Positions 44,201 to 54,580 of a DNA stretch of 64,000 nt are shown here, piece by piece. The DNA comes from Nitrospirota bacterium (GTDB taxonomy: Bacteria > Nitrospirota > UBA9217): positions 1,568,001 through 1,632,000 of the forward strand of contig CAWFSF010000006.1 in NCBI GenBank assembly GCA_963818475.1, written 5' to 3'. Position numbers and translations under genes: made by a program. The notes beneath the pieces were generated by a model. That model had not been told where the DNA came from and did not search any database. It was given only the letters and a program-made list of their open reading frames with translations. Position 1 is the first letter of the stretch. The number at the start of each line of letters is the position of its first letter.

Positions 44201-45691
44201 GGCGCCTGATTCAGCATTTTGCCGAACTGCTCCTTGCCGACAACGACGCGACCGACAATGAGTGAGGACATCATGGCACCGATGATCCCCGGCAACAACG
44301 CGCTCTGTCCCGCAGCATAGAGGTTGTGCAGCGATAGCTTGCCGACCAGATTGAACTGGCCCATCTTCTGTTTCACTCCGTAGGCGCTGCCGTCGGGGCT
44401 ATTCAGGTAATCTTTTGCCGTAAGCAGGGACCCCGCCTCGATAAAATCAAGGCTCTCGCGGTAAGCCGGAAAAACACTGAAGATGTGTTCCTTGATCGCT
44501 TCGATCCGCGTCTTCTTGTAATCGAGATACTCCTGGGGCCGCGTCCCCCTGCGGGAGCCGCTCCATGAGGAGACCTGTTCGGGAAATGAAGGTTCGAGGA
44601 TGCAGATCCCCTTGCCGGCATTGCCTTCGGGCTGGTCCTGCGACTTGATGATGACCAGAGCAGGCTGCCCTGTGTACTGCGGATCCAGCAGTTTGTTGAC
44701 GTCGGTGTCAGGGAACAGGGAAACGATCGTACCGCCGGGATAGGGGTCCTCGTTGCCTTTAAGCGACGCGAACACGAGAAAAAAATCCCGCCGAGGGCTC
44801 AAAGGACGATACGCGGTTCATGAACGCTTTGCTGAAATTTTTTTGCGGCAGGATTTTCACGATCTCCTTGGGATGGATCGTGAACACGCAGTTATCGGCA
44901 ACGATCTCCTCGCCGGTACTCAGTACGAAGCGGCCTACCTTGCTGTCATGAATATCCGCCAGTTCCGCGATCGTTGTGTTGCACCGGACCTCGACGTCAT
45001 ATTCCTTGAATTTTCGTTCAAAGGCCCGGATAAAAGCATCGCCGCCTCCTTTGACGCAGGCGATGGATTCATAGAAGCTCAAACACATCCGGCTATGGTT
45101 GGCAAAGGACATCTCGTCAGGCCGGACGCCGTAGCACATGGCGTAGCCCGACAGCAGGCCCCGCAGGAGTTCATTCGAGGTCAGCCCTTTCAGGACCGCG
45201 TCAAGGGAGACATAATCCTCGTCAAGACTGGGCGGCGCAATGGTATTTGCATGAAGGTTCAGGGAGGGCGTTCTGCTGCAGACTGACTGGACTTTGTCGA
45301 AATACCGGTCAATGGCGCCCGTTTCTGCCGGGAAATAGCCTTTGAATTGTTTTTTTATGTTTTCGACCCCACTGGGATGTTCGAACCGTTTTCCCTGCGA
45401 CTCGAAAATGAACTGATTCTCTGATGGACCGGACAGGAAGATCGGTTCAACGGCATCACGGATCCCGAGAATCGACAGGATCTCTGAGAGGATGCCGCCC
45501 TCCTGCAAACCGCCGGTGAAATGGAACCCCGTATCAAAGGAGACGCCGCGTCTGGAGAAGCGCGACAGGGAACCGCCGATGGTCGGGGCTTTTTCCAGCA
45601 GCATGACGCGGCGGCCGTTCATGGCAAGCAACAGCGTCATGGTCAAACCGCTGACCCCGCTCCCGACCACGATATCGTCATATTTTTTCAT
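44191..45691 (-). CDS. Phytoene desaturase (CrtI)-like FAD oxidoreductase (frameshift ~44790)
   Basis: DDIVVGSGVSG, FDTGFH, GSAYG, NLY.AGQ...PG..GA. Confidence 0.85.
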
Positions 45692-45747
45692 GAGCGTCAA
45701 CAACTCCTTAACGAAGAGCACATCCCCATCTCGGTCCGCGGCAACCG

Positions 45748-46485
45748 CTACATTGCCAGCCCGCCATTGATGCCGATCACCTGACCGTGGATATACATAT
45801 GCTCTTCCGTACACAGGAAGTTGACGACTGACGCCACATCGTCGGCACTGCCCACGCGATTCATCGGTATCAGGGGCAGTACCTGCTCCTTGGGTATTTT
45901 CTCGGTCATCTCGGTCGCGATGAAGCCGGGGGCGACCACATTCACCGCGATGTTCCTCTTGCCGACCTCGCGCGCCAGGGCCTTGGCGGCACCGATCAAT
46001 CCTGCCTTGGAAGCTGAATAATTTACCTGGCCTGCCTGTCCGATCTGTCCCGATGCGGAGGAAACGATGACGATGCGCCCCCGCTTCGCCTTCAGCATGG
46101 CAAAGACCACAGCGCGGCCAACGTTGAAAAAACCATCGAGGTTCGTAGAGAGGACCGACTTCCACTCGTCCCTGGTCATCCACATCAGGAGATTGTCACG
46201 CGAGATGCCGGAATTATACACGAACACATCGGGAGACACGGTCTCAAGCCTTGTGCTTAATGCGGCCTCGGTCTCATCATAACTGGAAACATCGAAGGGG
46301 ATCAGGTCGCAGGCCCTTCCCAGCGCATCGATCTCCGCTTTTACTTTTTGTGCGGCCTCATGGTTCCCTTTATAGGTAAGCCATATATTAAAACCGGATG
46401 CTGCCAGCCGCAGTGCTATGGCACGGCCTATTCCCCTGCTGCCTCCGACTACGAGTGCAGTTTTGTTTGCATTATTTTTTGTCAT
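45748..46485 (-). CDS. fabG: 3-oxoacyl-ACP reductase
   Basis: GGSRGIG, GQVNYSASK, VAPGFI. Confidence 0.9.
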   Translation of the reverse strand: MTKNNANKTALVVGGSRGIGRAIALRLAASGFNIWLTYKGNHEAAQKVKAEIDALGRACDLIPFDVSSYDETEAALSTRLETVSPDVFVYNSGISRDNLLMWMTRDEWKSVLSTNLDGFFNVGRAVVFAMLKAKRGRIVIVSSASGQIGQAGQVNYSASKAGLIGAAKALAREVGKRNIAVNVVAPGFIATEMTEKIPKEQVLPLIPMNRVGSADDVASVVNFLCTEEHMYIHGQVIGINGGLAM

Positions 46486-46666
46486 AAAAAGCAGGTCTTC
46501 GGACTTTCCATTATTGCAGCCGCGTAGCCGCAACCATTTTTAAACAGCGTGATTTGTCCTTGTCCATTCTCAGGAAAACCTGATGCAAACTGCATCCGAC
46601 CATGATACAAAAGATAGGCTAACTGTTTATATTTAAAGACATTTTACTAGCGCTCGGAAGTTATGA

Positions 46667-46695
46667 ATAGTACACCATAGTTATAAGGCTGTCAA
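46667..46695 (-). promoter_or_regulatory. Sigma70-type promoter heading the lipid cluster
   Basis: TTGACA-17 nt-TACTAT on the minus strand. Confidence 0.65.
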
Positions 46696-46900
46696 GACTT
46701 TTCCTGTACAACACCCACCGGGCTTATACAGGCTGTCCCGAACAGTTCTTCGATCAGGGATGGTATAAGAGAAAGCTTTTCCTTCTGTCGTCGGCGAAGT
46801 TTTTTTTGACGTACTGACGATCGATCATGGCAGGTGTCGCAAAACTGGCAGAATGGTCATCGAAGGCACTGAAGGGCGGATTCGGACAAACAAAAATCGC

Positions 46901-46930
46901 TTGACAATCAACCCCCCCTTCTGTTATTTT
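46901..46930 (+). promoter_or_regulatory. tRNA promoter
   Basis: TTGACA ... TG-T-TATTTT extended -10. Confidence 0.55.
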
Positions 46931-46958
46931 AGCCACCTACAAAGTCACCGTTCAAGAT

Positions 46959-47034
46959 GCCGAGGTAGCTCAGTTGGTAGAGCAGAGGCCTGAAAAGCCT
47001 CGTGTCCGCAGTTCAATTCTGCGCCTCGGCACCA
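46959..47034 (+). tRNA. tRNA-Phe (GAA)
   Basis: GCCGAGG acceptor stem, D arm, GAGGC-CTGAAAA-GCCTC anticodon arm, TTCAA T loop, encoded CCA. Confidence 0.97.
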
Positions 47035-47157
47035 TTTCTCTTTCCTCACCATCCTCCTGCAGAACCGCTCTCGTTTCGACGTACATGCACATCCGATCCC
47101 AGGTCCCTCCTGATGCAATTTTCGTTGATCACAAACCAGACCGGAAGGCGCGGAAAC

Positions 47158-47188
47158 AAAAAAGGTCCCGCTCATCGCGGGACCTTTC
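47158..47188. terminator. Bidirectional terminator between tRNA-Phe and purF
   Basis: AAAGGTCCCGC-TCATC-GCGGGACCTTT. Confidence 0.8.
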
Positions 47189-47220
47189 GGCTGCATACAG
47201 AAGAACACTGCCTGCAGAAT

Positions 47221-48618
47221 CTATTCCTTGTCGAACAGTCCCAGCTGGGTCATCTTTTCCCCGGGGAAAGGAACCGGATAGGTACCGTCAAAACAGGCTG
47301 AGCAATAGTTCATGGGCTGCTGTACAACCTTCTGGATGCCGTCCATGCTGATATAGCCAAGCGTATCTGCGGTGATATACTTCCTGATCTCCTCGATGCT
47401 GTGTGTTGAGGCGATAAGCTCCTGCCGTGTCGGCATATCGATGCCGTAGAAGCAGGGATAGGAGGTCGGCGGCGAACTGATGCGCATATGCACTTCTGCA
47501 GCGCCTGCGTTCCGGATCATCTTGATGATCTTTTTGCTGGTCGTGCCGCGCACGATGGAATCATCGACCACCACTACGCGCTTGCCCTTGAGCGCATCCC
47601 TGACCGGATTCAGTTTGATCTTGACGCCGAAGTGCCTGATGCTCTGCTGCGGCTCGATAAAGGTCCTGCCCACGTAATGGTTCCTGATCAAACCGAAGTC
47701 AAAGGGGATTCCCGCCTCTTCGGCATATCCCAGTGCGGCAGGTACGCCGGAGTCGGGAACCGCGATCACCACGTCTGCCTCGATCCCGGTCTCGCGTGCC
47801 AACTGCTTGCCGAAGGCCTTCCTGATGGTGTACACGTTCTGGCCGAAGACCATGCTGTCGGGCCGTGCAAAATAGATGAACTCGAAGATGCAATGGGAAG
47901 GTTCCGCCGGTTTGAGCGGAAAGGACGACTTGATGCCGTGGCTGTTGATGACGACCATCTCTCCCGGGGCGATGTCACGGATATAGGTGGCCTCGATCAG
48001 GTCGAAGGCGCAGGTCTCGGATGCAACTACATACGCCCCGTCAAGTTCGCCAAGCGAGAGCGGCCTGAAACCGTTGGGATCGCGAATGGCGATCAACTCG
48101 TCTTCCGTCATGATGAGCAGGCTGTAGGATCCCTGAACATGGCTCAACGCGTCGACGATCCGCTCGTGCAGTGTGGCCATGCGGGACTGGGCGATCAGAT
48201 GCACGATCACCTCGGTGTCCGCGGTGGTCACGAAGATCGATCCATAGGCCTCAAGCTCGTCCTTCAACAGCCCGGCATTCACGAGGTTCCCGTTGTGAGC
48301 CACTGCCAGGCCGCCCAGCGCGAAATTTACCAGGATCGGCTGGATATTGAAAGCAAAGCTTCCCCCGGCGGTGGAATAGCGGTTATGCCCGATGGCCATG
48401 TGCCCGGGAAGCTTCTTGATCCGTGCTTCGTTGAAGATGTCGGCCACGAGGCCCATGGCCTTCTCGCCGTACAGTCGTTTACCGTCCGACGAAACGATGC
48501 CTGCCGACTCCTGGCCCCGGTGCTGGAGCGAATAGAGCCCCAGATAGGTAAGATTGGCCGCATCGGGATGGCCGAATATACCAAAAACACCGCATTCTTC
48601 GTGGAGTTTGTCAAACAT
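47221..48618 (-). CDS. purF: Amidophosphoribosyltransferase
   Basis: Propeptide then [22 protein letters not shown], Fe-S cysteines. Confidence 0.97.
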   Translation of the reverse strand: MFDKLHEECGVFGIFGHPDAANLTYLGLYSLQHRGQESAGIVSSDGKRLYGEKAMGLVADIFNEARIKKLPGHMAIGHNRYSTAGGSFAFNIQPILVNFALGGLAVAHNGNLVNAGLLKDELEAYGSIFVTTADTEVIVHLIAQSRMATLHERIVDALSHVQGSYSLLIMTEDELIAIRDPNGFRPLSLGELDGAYVVASETCAFDLIEATYIRDIAPGEMVVINSHGIKSSFPLKPAEPSHCIFEFIYFARPDSMVFGQNVYTIRKAFGKQLARETGIEADVVIAVPDSGVPAALGYAEEAGIPFDFGLIRNHYVGRTFIEPQQSIRHFGVKIKLNPVRDALKGKRVVVVDDSIVRGTTSKKIIKMIRNAGAAEVHMRISSPPTSYPCFYGIDMPTRQELIASTHSIEEIRKYITADTLGYISMDGIQKVVQQPMNYCSACFDGTYPVPFPGEKMTQLGLFDKE

Positions 48619-48635
48619 AGTTACATCCTTATTGC

Positions 48636-48715
48636 GATGCAGGATGCACGATACCGGATGCACGGAAAAGCCGTCATCATGCATCATGCATCATGGATCA
48701 TGGATCATGGATCAT
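48636..48715. repeat. Palindromic GATGCAN/NATCATG heptamer element
   Basis: GATGCAG-GATGCAC-GATACCG-GATGCAC ... CATCATG-CATCATG-CATCATG-GATCATG-GATCATG-GATCAT; overlaps the purB stop. Confidence 0.75.
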
Positions 48716-50016
48716 TTTGATTTTTTCTTAAAGACCCTTTTAAAAATATAATCCACCTTTTTAAGCGTATGCTTCAGGTCGAAACACGAATCTAGTTCTT
48801 TGCTGCTCAAGTAGGAGCGTACATCCTTGTCCTTGTTCAGGAGCTCTTTGAAATCCCCGCCCTCTTTCCAGACCGTCATGGCGTTCCGCTGAACATAGGA
48901 GTAGGCCGTCTCGCGCGCGATTCCCTTGGCTACGAGCGCCAGCATCACGGTCTCTGAATGGAAGAGTCCCTTGGAGATGGCCATGTTCCGCTCCATGTTC
49001 TTCGGATACACGAACAAGCGGTCCACCAGCTTGTTGAACCGGGCGAGCATATAGTCGATGAGAATGGTACTGTCAGGGATGATGATTCGCTCGACCGAGG
49101 AGTGTGAGATGTCCCGCTCGTGCCAGAGCGCCACGTTCTCCATGGCTGCGAGCGAGTTGCCGCGGATGACGCGGGCAAGGCCGGAGAGGTTCTCGGCCGA
49201 GATGGGGTTCCGCTTATGCGGCATGGCGGACGACCCCTTCTGCCCTTCGGAGAAGTATTCTTCGGCCTCAAGCACTTCGGTGCGCTGCAGATGGCGGAGT
49301 TCAATGGAGAATTTCTCGATGGAGGAGGCGATCAACGCAAGCGCTGAAAGAAATTCGGCGTGGCGGTCACGCTGCACCACCTGCGTGGCCACCGGCTCGG
49401 GAACAAGACCCAGTTTGCGGCAGACATAGGTTTCCACCGAGGGATCGATGTTCGCGAAGGTGCCGACCGCTCCCGACACCTTGCCCACGCTGATGACGTC
49501 ACGGGCCCTGACCATCCGGTCGAGCGCCCTTCCCATTTCCTCGTACCAAAGCGCCATCTTGAGGCCGAACGTGACCGGCTCGGCGTGGATTCCGTGCGAA
49601 CGACCGATCATCACCGTATCCTTGTAGCGGAGCGCCTGTTTTCTGAGCGTTTTCATGACCGTGCGGATATCGTCGATGATGATGTCAGAAGCCTTGCGCA
49701 TGAGCATGGCGAGCGACGTATCGAGCACGTCCGACGACGTCAGCCCCAAGTGGATATAGCGCGACTCGGGTCCGACCTGTTCGCCCACGGCCGTCAGGAA
49801 AGCGATCACATCGTGCTTGACGATCTTTTCAAGAGCGTCGATCCGCTTGACCTTGAAGTCCGCCTTTTTTTTGATCGTGGCAAGCGCCTTGGCAGGGATC
49901 AACCCCAGTTTGGCGTTCGCTTCGCATGCCAGGATCTCGACCTCGAGCCATGCGCGGTATCTGTTTTCGGGTTCCCAGAGACCGGACATTTCCGGCCTGC
50001 TGTAGCGAGGGATCAT
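48712..50016 (-). CDS. purB: Adenylosuccinate lyase
   Basis: MIPRYSR, GRSHGIHAEP, GSSAMPHKRNP. Confidence 0.97.
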   Translation of the reverse strand: MIPRYSRPEMSGLWEPENRYRAWLEVEILACEANAKLGLIPAKALATIKKKADFKVKRIDALEKIVKHDVIAFLTAVGEQVGPESRYIHLGLTSSDVLDTSLAMLMRKASDIIIDDIRTVMKTLRKQALRYKDTVMIGRSHGIHAEPVTFGLKMALWYEEMGRALDRMVRARDVISVGKVSGAVGTFANIDPSVETYVCRKLGLVPEPVATQVVQRDRHAEFLSALALIASSIEKFSIELRHLQRTEVLEAEEYFSEGQKGSSAMPHKRNPISAENLSGLARVIRGNSLAAMENVALWHERDISHSSVERIIIPDSTILIDYMLARFNKLVDRLFVYPKNMERNMAISKGLFHSETVMLALVAKGIARETAYSYVQRNAMTVWKEGGDFKELLNKDKDVRSYLSSKELDSCFDLKHTLKKVDYIFKRVFKKKSK

Positions 50017-50087
50017 GCTGTTGTTTCTCCTGAGTTATTCATGAGGATTATTGCAATGGCGACCATCCATCGGTGGAACGGTCACGA

Positions 50088-50576
50088 TCATGCGGTTATC
50101 AATCGGGATATCTTTTCATATGAAGCGGCATCAGGCGCAAGCAGCGAGATCTCGATCGAATGCCCTTGGGAACCGTCAGCCAGTCCCTGCCGGAGCGCGC
50201 TCACGGCTGATTCTGTCGATAGTTCAGACATTACAAGATACTCGAGCGCCGCAGCGGTCACGCCGGCGCCCACTGCCGCAGCTGCAGCCGACCGCGCCGA
50301 TTCCTGCAAGGTGTCAGGAGAAACGCTTTCCCGGGGGCCGAGGCCGAGCATGAATATCTTTGAGGCCGGCACCTTGCCCCGCGACGTCAAGAGCGCCAGT
50401 TCACCAAGGGCGCCGCGCAGCTTGTTCTTAATGATCAGGGAAGACAGAGAGCCGCAGAGCAGCCAGTCCAGTTCGCCGGCAAGTCCCTTGAGCGGCCGGA
50501 CATCCTCGAAAAAACCAACGATCAGTGCTCCGGTCTCAAGCTTTTTTATATCCTGCAAAATGACCTTGATTCCCAA
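50088..50576 (-). CDS. Stand-alone peptidase M17 N-terminal-domain-like protein
   Basis: FFEDVRPLKG.AG.LDW...G.LS, GE..L, GLG; no catalytic domain. Confidence 0.65.
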   Translation of the reverse strand: MGIKVILQDIKKLETGALIVGFFEDVRPLKGLAGELDWLLCGSLSSLIIKNKLRGALGELALLTSRGKVPASKIFMLGLGPRESVSPDTLQESARSAAAAAVGAGVTAAALEYLVMSELSTESAVSALRQGLADGSQGHSIEISLLAPDAASYEKISRLITA

Positions 50577-50595
50577 ACCGGGCCTTCCTCGCCTG

Positions 50596-51027
50596 CTAGT
50601 CTTCGATCTTTCCCTCGTCCAGCTTGCCGACCATTCTCGCCACGCTGTCGAGGATGCCGTTCACAAAAGAGCCGGAATCGTCGGTGCCGAACTTTTTGGC
50701 GATCTCGATCGCTTCATTGATGGTCACGCTCGTGGGGATATCTGCCCGGTAGAGGATCTCATAGACCGCCATGCGAAGCACATTGCGGTCGACGGCGGCC
50801 ATGCGGTCGATGCTCCAGTTCTTTGCGCAGGCATGGATCTTCTCGTTGATGGCAGGCAAATGCTTATAGGTGCCCTTGATGATCTCTTCCGTAAAGGCCT
50901 GCACCTCGTCGTCGACTTCATGCTCCGCCCAGAAGCGTTTCAGGATCGTGGCCGTGGGTTTGTCTTTTCTGATGTCCAGCTGAAAGAGGATCTGGAGCGC
51001 ATACTCCCGTGCCTTGCGTCGTTTCAT
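50596..51027 (-). CDS. nusB: Transcription antitermination factor NusB
   Basis: RRKAREYALQILFQ, DRNVLR, INEAIEIAK.F, FVNGILD. Confidence 0.96.
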   Translation of the reverse strand: MKRRKAREYALQILFQLDIRKDKPTATILKRFWAEHEVDDEVQAFTEEIIKGTYKHLPAINEKIHACAKNWSIDRMAAVDRNVLRMAVYEILYRADIPTSVTINEAIEIAKKFGTDDSGSFVNGILDSVARMVGKLDEGKIED

Positions 51028-51071
51028 ACGCTTCCATCTGCCGAATGCTGTTCGTTCATACGCATCGGTCG

Positions 51072-51539
51072 TTACGCGATCTGCCGCATGAGGTTCGCCA
51101 TCTCGATCGCCGAAAGCGCCGCATCCCAGCCCTTGTTGCCGCTCTTGGTGCCTGCCCGTTCGATGGCCTGCTCGATCGTGTCCGTGGTCAGGACCCCGAA
51201 GATGACCGGCACGTTGGAATCCAGGGAGACCGACGCGATGCCCTTGCTGACCTCGGCGCTCACATATTCGAAATGCGGCGTAGCGCCACGGATCACCGCG
51301 CCCAGGCAAATGATCGCGTTGTACTTTTTCGATTGGGCAAGCATCTTGGCCGCAAGCGGTATCTCGTACGCCCCGGGCACCTTCACGATCTCAATATCGT
51401 TTTCTGCAGCTCCATGGCGCTGGAGCCCGTCAAGCGCTCCCTCGACCAGTCTGCCGGTGATAAAATCGTTGAAGCGCGCGGCGATGATGCCGAACTTGAG
51501 CCCCTGCGCCGTCACATTTCCCTGGATCGTCTTTGCCAT
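51072..51539 (-). CDS. ribH: 6,7-dimethyl-8-ribityllumazine synthase
   Basis: [27 protein letters not shown]. Confidence 0.97.
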   Translation of the reverse strand: MAKTIQGNVTAQGLKFGIIAARFNDFITGRLVEGALDGLQRHGAAENDIEIVKVPGAYEIPLAAKMLAQSKKYNAIICLGAVIRGATPHFEYVSAEVSKGIASVSLDSNVPVIFGVLTTDTIEQAIERAGTKSGNKGWDAALSAIEMANLMRQIA

Positions 51540-51554
51540 CAAACCCTCCGTACA

Positions 51555-51695
51555 ATTTCGGATTGCGGATTTCGGATTTCGGATTTTTTTCAACCCCAGT
51601 CCACAAACCGCATCATATTTGTCCATCCCTGAGCATGGTTTGCAGTTTTCGGCTTTGCCTTTTGAATCCGCAATCCGAAATCCGCAATCCGCAAT
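51555..51695. repeat. Palindromic AATCCG(C/A) heptamer element
   Basis: (ATTKCGG)4 ... (AATCCGM)4 inverted arms between ribBA and ribH. Confidence 0.85.
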
Positions 51696-51699
51696 GAGG

Positions 51700-52905
51700 T
51701 CACACTTTTTCCAGCATATGCCCGAGCTTGTCTTTCTTCACCTTGAGATACTTTATGTTCTTGGCATGCGGCGGGGTCTCGATCGGCATGCGGGCCACAA
51801 CGGTCAGGCCATAGCCTTCAAGGCCGACGATCTTTTTCGGATTGTTCGTCAGCAGCCTGATCTTGCGCACACCGATGTCGCGCAGGATCTGCGCGCCCAC
51901 GCCGTAATCCCTGAGGTCCGCTTTAAAACCGAGGGCCAGGTTGGCCTCGACCGTGTCCTTGCCCTTGTCCTGAAGCTCGTAGGCCTTCAGTTTTCCCTCG
52001 ATGCCGATGCCGCGCCCTTCCTGGCGCATGTAGAGGATGACGCCTTTGCCTTCCTTATCGATGATCTCCATGGCGTTGTGCAGCTGCTCGCCGCAGTCAC
52101 AGCGGAGCGAACCGAACACATCGCCCGTGAGACACTCGGAATGGACGCGGACAAGCACCTCGTCTTCAGGTTTGATCTCGCCCTTTACCAGCGCGATATG
52201 GTTCAGTTGGTCAATGTCGTTCGCATAGAGGATCGCGGTGAAATCGCTCCCGTGGCTGGTGGGCATCTTGGTCACCGCCACGCGCCGTACCAGCGATTCT
52301 TTTCTGACCCGGTAGGCGATGAGGTCCTTCACCGTAATGATCTTCAGGCCGAACTTCTTTGCGAACTCCATAAGATGCGGCACCCGCGACATGGTGCCGT
52401 CATCGTTCATGATCTCACAGATCACACCTGCCGGGTAGAGCCCGGCGAGCCGTGCCAGGTCCACCGAGCCCTCGGTCTGCCCGGTGCGCTGCAGCACGCC
52501 TCCCGGACGCGCCCTGAGCGGGAACACATGTCCCGGCCGTGCCAGGTCTTCCGGTCCCGACGCCGGATTGATGGCGGTCTTGATCGTTGTTGCCCGGTCA
52601 GCAGCGGAAATGCCGGTGGTCACGCCTTTTTTCGCCTCGATCGAGATGGTGAACGCCGTGCCGAAGGACGACGTATTGTCCGTCGTCATCATGGGCAGCT
52701 GCAGTTCTTCCACGCGCTCCGATGTCAGCGAGAGACAGATGAGGCCGCGGCCATGCGTGGCCATGAAGTTGATCGCTTCCGGCGTCACCGCCTCGGCGGC
52801 CATGGTAAGGTCGCCTTCGTTCTCCCGGTCCTCGTCATCCACGAGAATGACCATCTTGCCCTTTTTAATATCGTCCAGGGCCTCTTCAATCGTATTGAAC
52901 TTCAT
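51700..52905 (-). CDS. ribBA: Bifunctional DHBP synthase / GTP cyclohydrolase II
   Basis: [38 protein letters not shown]. Confidence 0.97.
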   Translation of the reverse strand: MKFNTIEEALDDIKKGKMVILVDDEDRENEGDLTMAAEAVTPEAINFMATHGRGLICLSLTSERVEELQLPMMTTDNTSSFGTAFTISIEAKKGVTTGISAADRATTIKTAINPASGPEDLARPGHVFPLRARPGGVLQRTGQTEGSVDLARLAGLYPAGVICEIMNDDGTMSRVPHLMEFAKKFGLKIITVKDLIAYRVRKESLVRRVAVTKMPTSHGSDFTAILYANDIDQLNHIALVKGEIKPEDEVLVRVHSECLTGDVFGSLRCDCGEQLHNAMEIIDKEGKGVILYMRQEGRGIGIEGKLKAYELQDKGKDTVEANLALGFKADLRDYGVGAQILRDIGVRKIRLLTNNPKKIVGLEGYGLTVVARMPIETPPHAKNIKYLKVKKDKLGHMLEKV

Positions 52906-52973
52906 GCTACCACCCTTCTTTCAGATACAAATTCAGCCTGCCCCGGTCGTTCGCCGTGACATTCCGAACTGTG

Positions 52974-53612
52974 TTATGCAAATCCGTTCTTCTGCAGCAG
53001 CTCCAGGCTGACGCCGCCTTCAATCCTTCCGGCAAGCAGCTTTTCAACATATTTCCCGATAAGGTCCGTTTCGAGGTTCACGCTGTCGCCGGCATGCTTT
53101 GACCCCAGCGTCGTCAACTTGGCCGTATGGGGTATCATGGCGATGGAAAATCCCGAAGCATCAACGTCGGCAACGGTCAGACTGATGCCGTCTATGGCAA
53201 CGGAGCCTTTTTTTATGATGTACCGGAGTGCCGGTGCAGGAGTATCGATGGTAATACGCCAGGAGTTGCCTTCCTGTTTCTTTGCCCTGATGCGTCCGAC
53301 GGCATCCACATGCCCCGAGACCAGGTGTCCGCCGATCCGCGCCGAGAGCTGCAAAGCGCGTTCAAGGTTCACCTGCTGCCCCACGCTGAGATCGCCCAGG
53401 TTCGTAACTTTCAGGGTCTCCAGGGCCACGTCTGCGGAGAACTCGGCCTTCCCCATCTCCACGACGGTAAGGCAGACGCCATTCACGCTGATGCTGTCGC
53501 CCAGCACGGTGCCGCCGAGAACCAGGGATGCGGACACGGTCAGACGGGCCGCTCCTGCGTCACGGCGGAGCGCCTTGACGCTCCCCAATTCTTCCACAAT
53601 GCCGGTAAACAT
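52974..53612 (-). CDS. ribE: Riboflavin synthase alpha chain
   Basis: [30 protein letters not shown]. Confidence 0.97.
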   Translation of the reverse strand: MFTGIVEELGSVKALRRDAGAARLTVSASLVLGGTVLGDSISVNGVCLTVVEMGKAEFSADVALETLKVTNLGDLSVGQQVNLERALQLSARIGGHLVSGHVDAVGRIRAKKQEGNSWRITIDTPAPALRYIIKKGSVAIDGISLTVADVDASGFSIAMIPHTAKLTTLGSKHAGDSVNLETDLIGKYVEKLLAGRIEGGVSLELLQKNGFA

Positions 53613-53631
53613 CCCAATCCTCTGATAAATC

Positions 53632-53764
53632 CAAATCCCAAATTACAAATCTCAAATCCCAAATAAGCACCAAATTACAAGTTCCCAGTAACTCAAACTG
53701 TTTGGTGCCTGTCTTTTGGTAATTGAAATTTATTTGTAATTTGGTGCTTGTGTTTTGGTGCTTG
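53632..53764. repeat. Palindromic CAA-N4 heptamer element (family A, copy 3)
   Basis: Same architecture as, and high similarity to, 42832-42976. Confidence 0.9.
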
Positions 53765-53771
53765 TTTCAAC

Positions 53772-54476
53772 TTACTGCACGAGCGGCAGCAGAACGATCT
53801 CGATCCTGCGGTTCTTATGCTTGCCGTCGTCCGTATCGTTCGGCGCGACCGGCTGGTATTCCGAGTATCCCGTGGCGGACAACAATTTGGCGTCGAGGCC
53901 GCCCTGTTCCTGGAGATAGCGGACAACTTCGGTCGCCCGGGCCGTTGAAAGCTCCCAGTTCGTGGGGAACCGTTTTTTAAGCGCGCTCACGATCGGCACA
54001 TTATCGGTGTGCCCCTCGACCTGGATGCGTTTGTCTTTAATGTCTTTCAGGATGCTGACGACCTTGTCCAGCACCAGCTTCCCGTCCTTGCTGATGTCGG
54101 TGCTGCCCGAGGGGAAGATGATCTTATCCACCATGGTCATGGTCAGACGGTTCTTCATCTCGGTGAGCTGGACCTTCCCCTCCTGGATCTCCTTTTCGAG
54201 CTTCTTCTGCAGGTCCTGATAGGTCTGGGTCGCCCGTTCAAGCTGTTCAGCCTTTTCTGCTTTCTGCGACAGGAGGTCCCGTTCTTTTTCGACTGCCGCC
54301 TTGTCCGTTTTGAGCGCATCCACCTCGGCGGTCAGGTTCTTGACCTGGCCCTGAAGATTATCGCTCAATGCGGCGAGCGTGTCTGCTTCCTTGGCTTTTG
54401 TATCGAATGCAGCCTGCGAAACGCAACCGGTGAGCAACAGGAAGGCAACGAACGGAAAAACATGAATCTTTCTCAT
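53772..54476 (-). CDS. OmpA/MotB-family lipoprotein with coiled coil
   Basis: Lipobox LTGC; VEGHTDNVPI, NWELSTARA, NRRIEI. Confidence 0.88.
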   Translation of the reverse strand: MRKIHVFPFVAFLLLTGCVSQAAFDTKAKEADTLAALSDNLQGQVKNLTAEVDALKTDKAAVEKERDLLSQKAEKAEQLERATQTYQDLQKKLEKEIQEGKVQLTEMKNRLTMTMVDKIIFPSGSTDISKDGKLVLDKVVSILKDIKDKRIQVEGHTDNVPIVSALKKRFPTNWELSTARATEVVRYLQEQGGLDAKLLSATGYSEYQPVAPNDTDDGKHKNRRIEIVLLPLVQ

Positions 54477-54528
54477 TATTTCCTCCTTTAGAATATGACG
54501 CATGTCCAGGCGATAAAAAAGCATCGTT

Positions 54529-54557
54529 ATAATAACTTCAGCAGGGTTTATTGTCAA
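54529..54557 (-). promoter_or_regulatory. Sigma70-type promoter (motB-like/rib operon)
   Basis: TTGACA-17 nt-TATTAT. Confidence 0.6.
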
Positions 54558-54580
54558 GAATATTGTGGCGCGAAAAGGAC

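Noticed and set aside
46959-47034. tRNA-Phe as island attachment site for the lipid cluster
   Set aside because: The cluster lies on the 5' side; no duplicated tRNA 3' end or integrase was seen
49360-52959. 1199-aa plus-strand ORF
   Set aside because: Antisense shadow of purB/nusB/ribH/ribBA in GC-rich DNA; no motifs. The same applies to most plus-strand ORFs in the track
53613-53771. FMN riboswitch upstream of ribE
   Set aside because: The region is the CAA-heptamer palindrome; no RFN consensus
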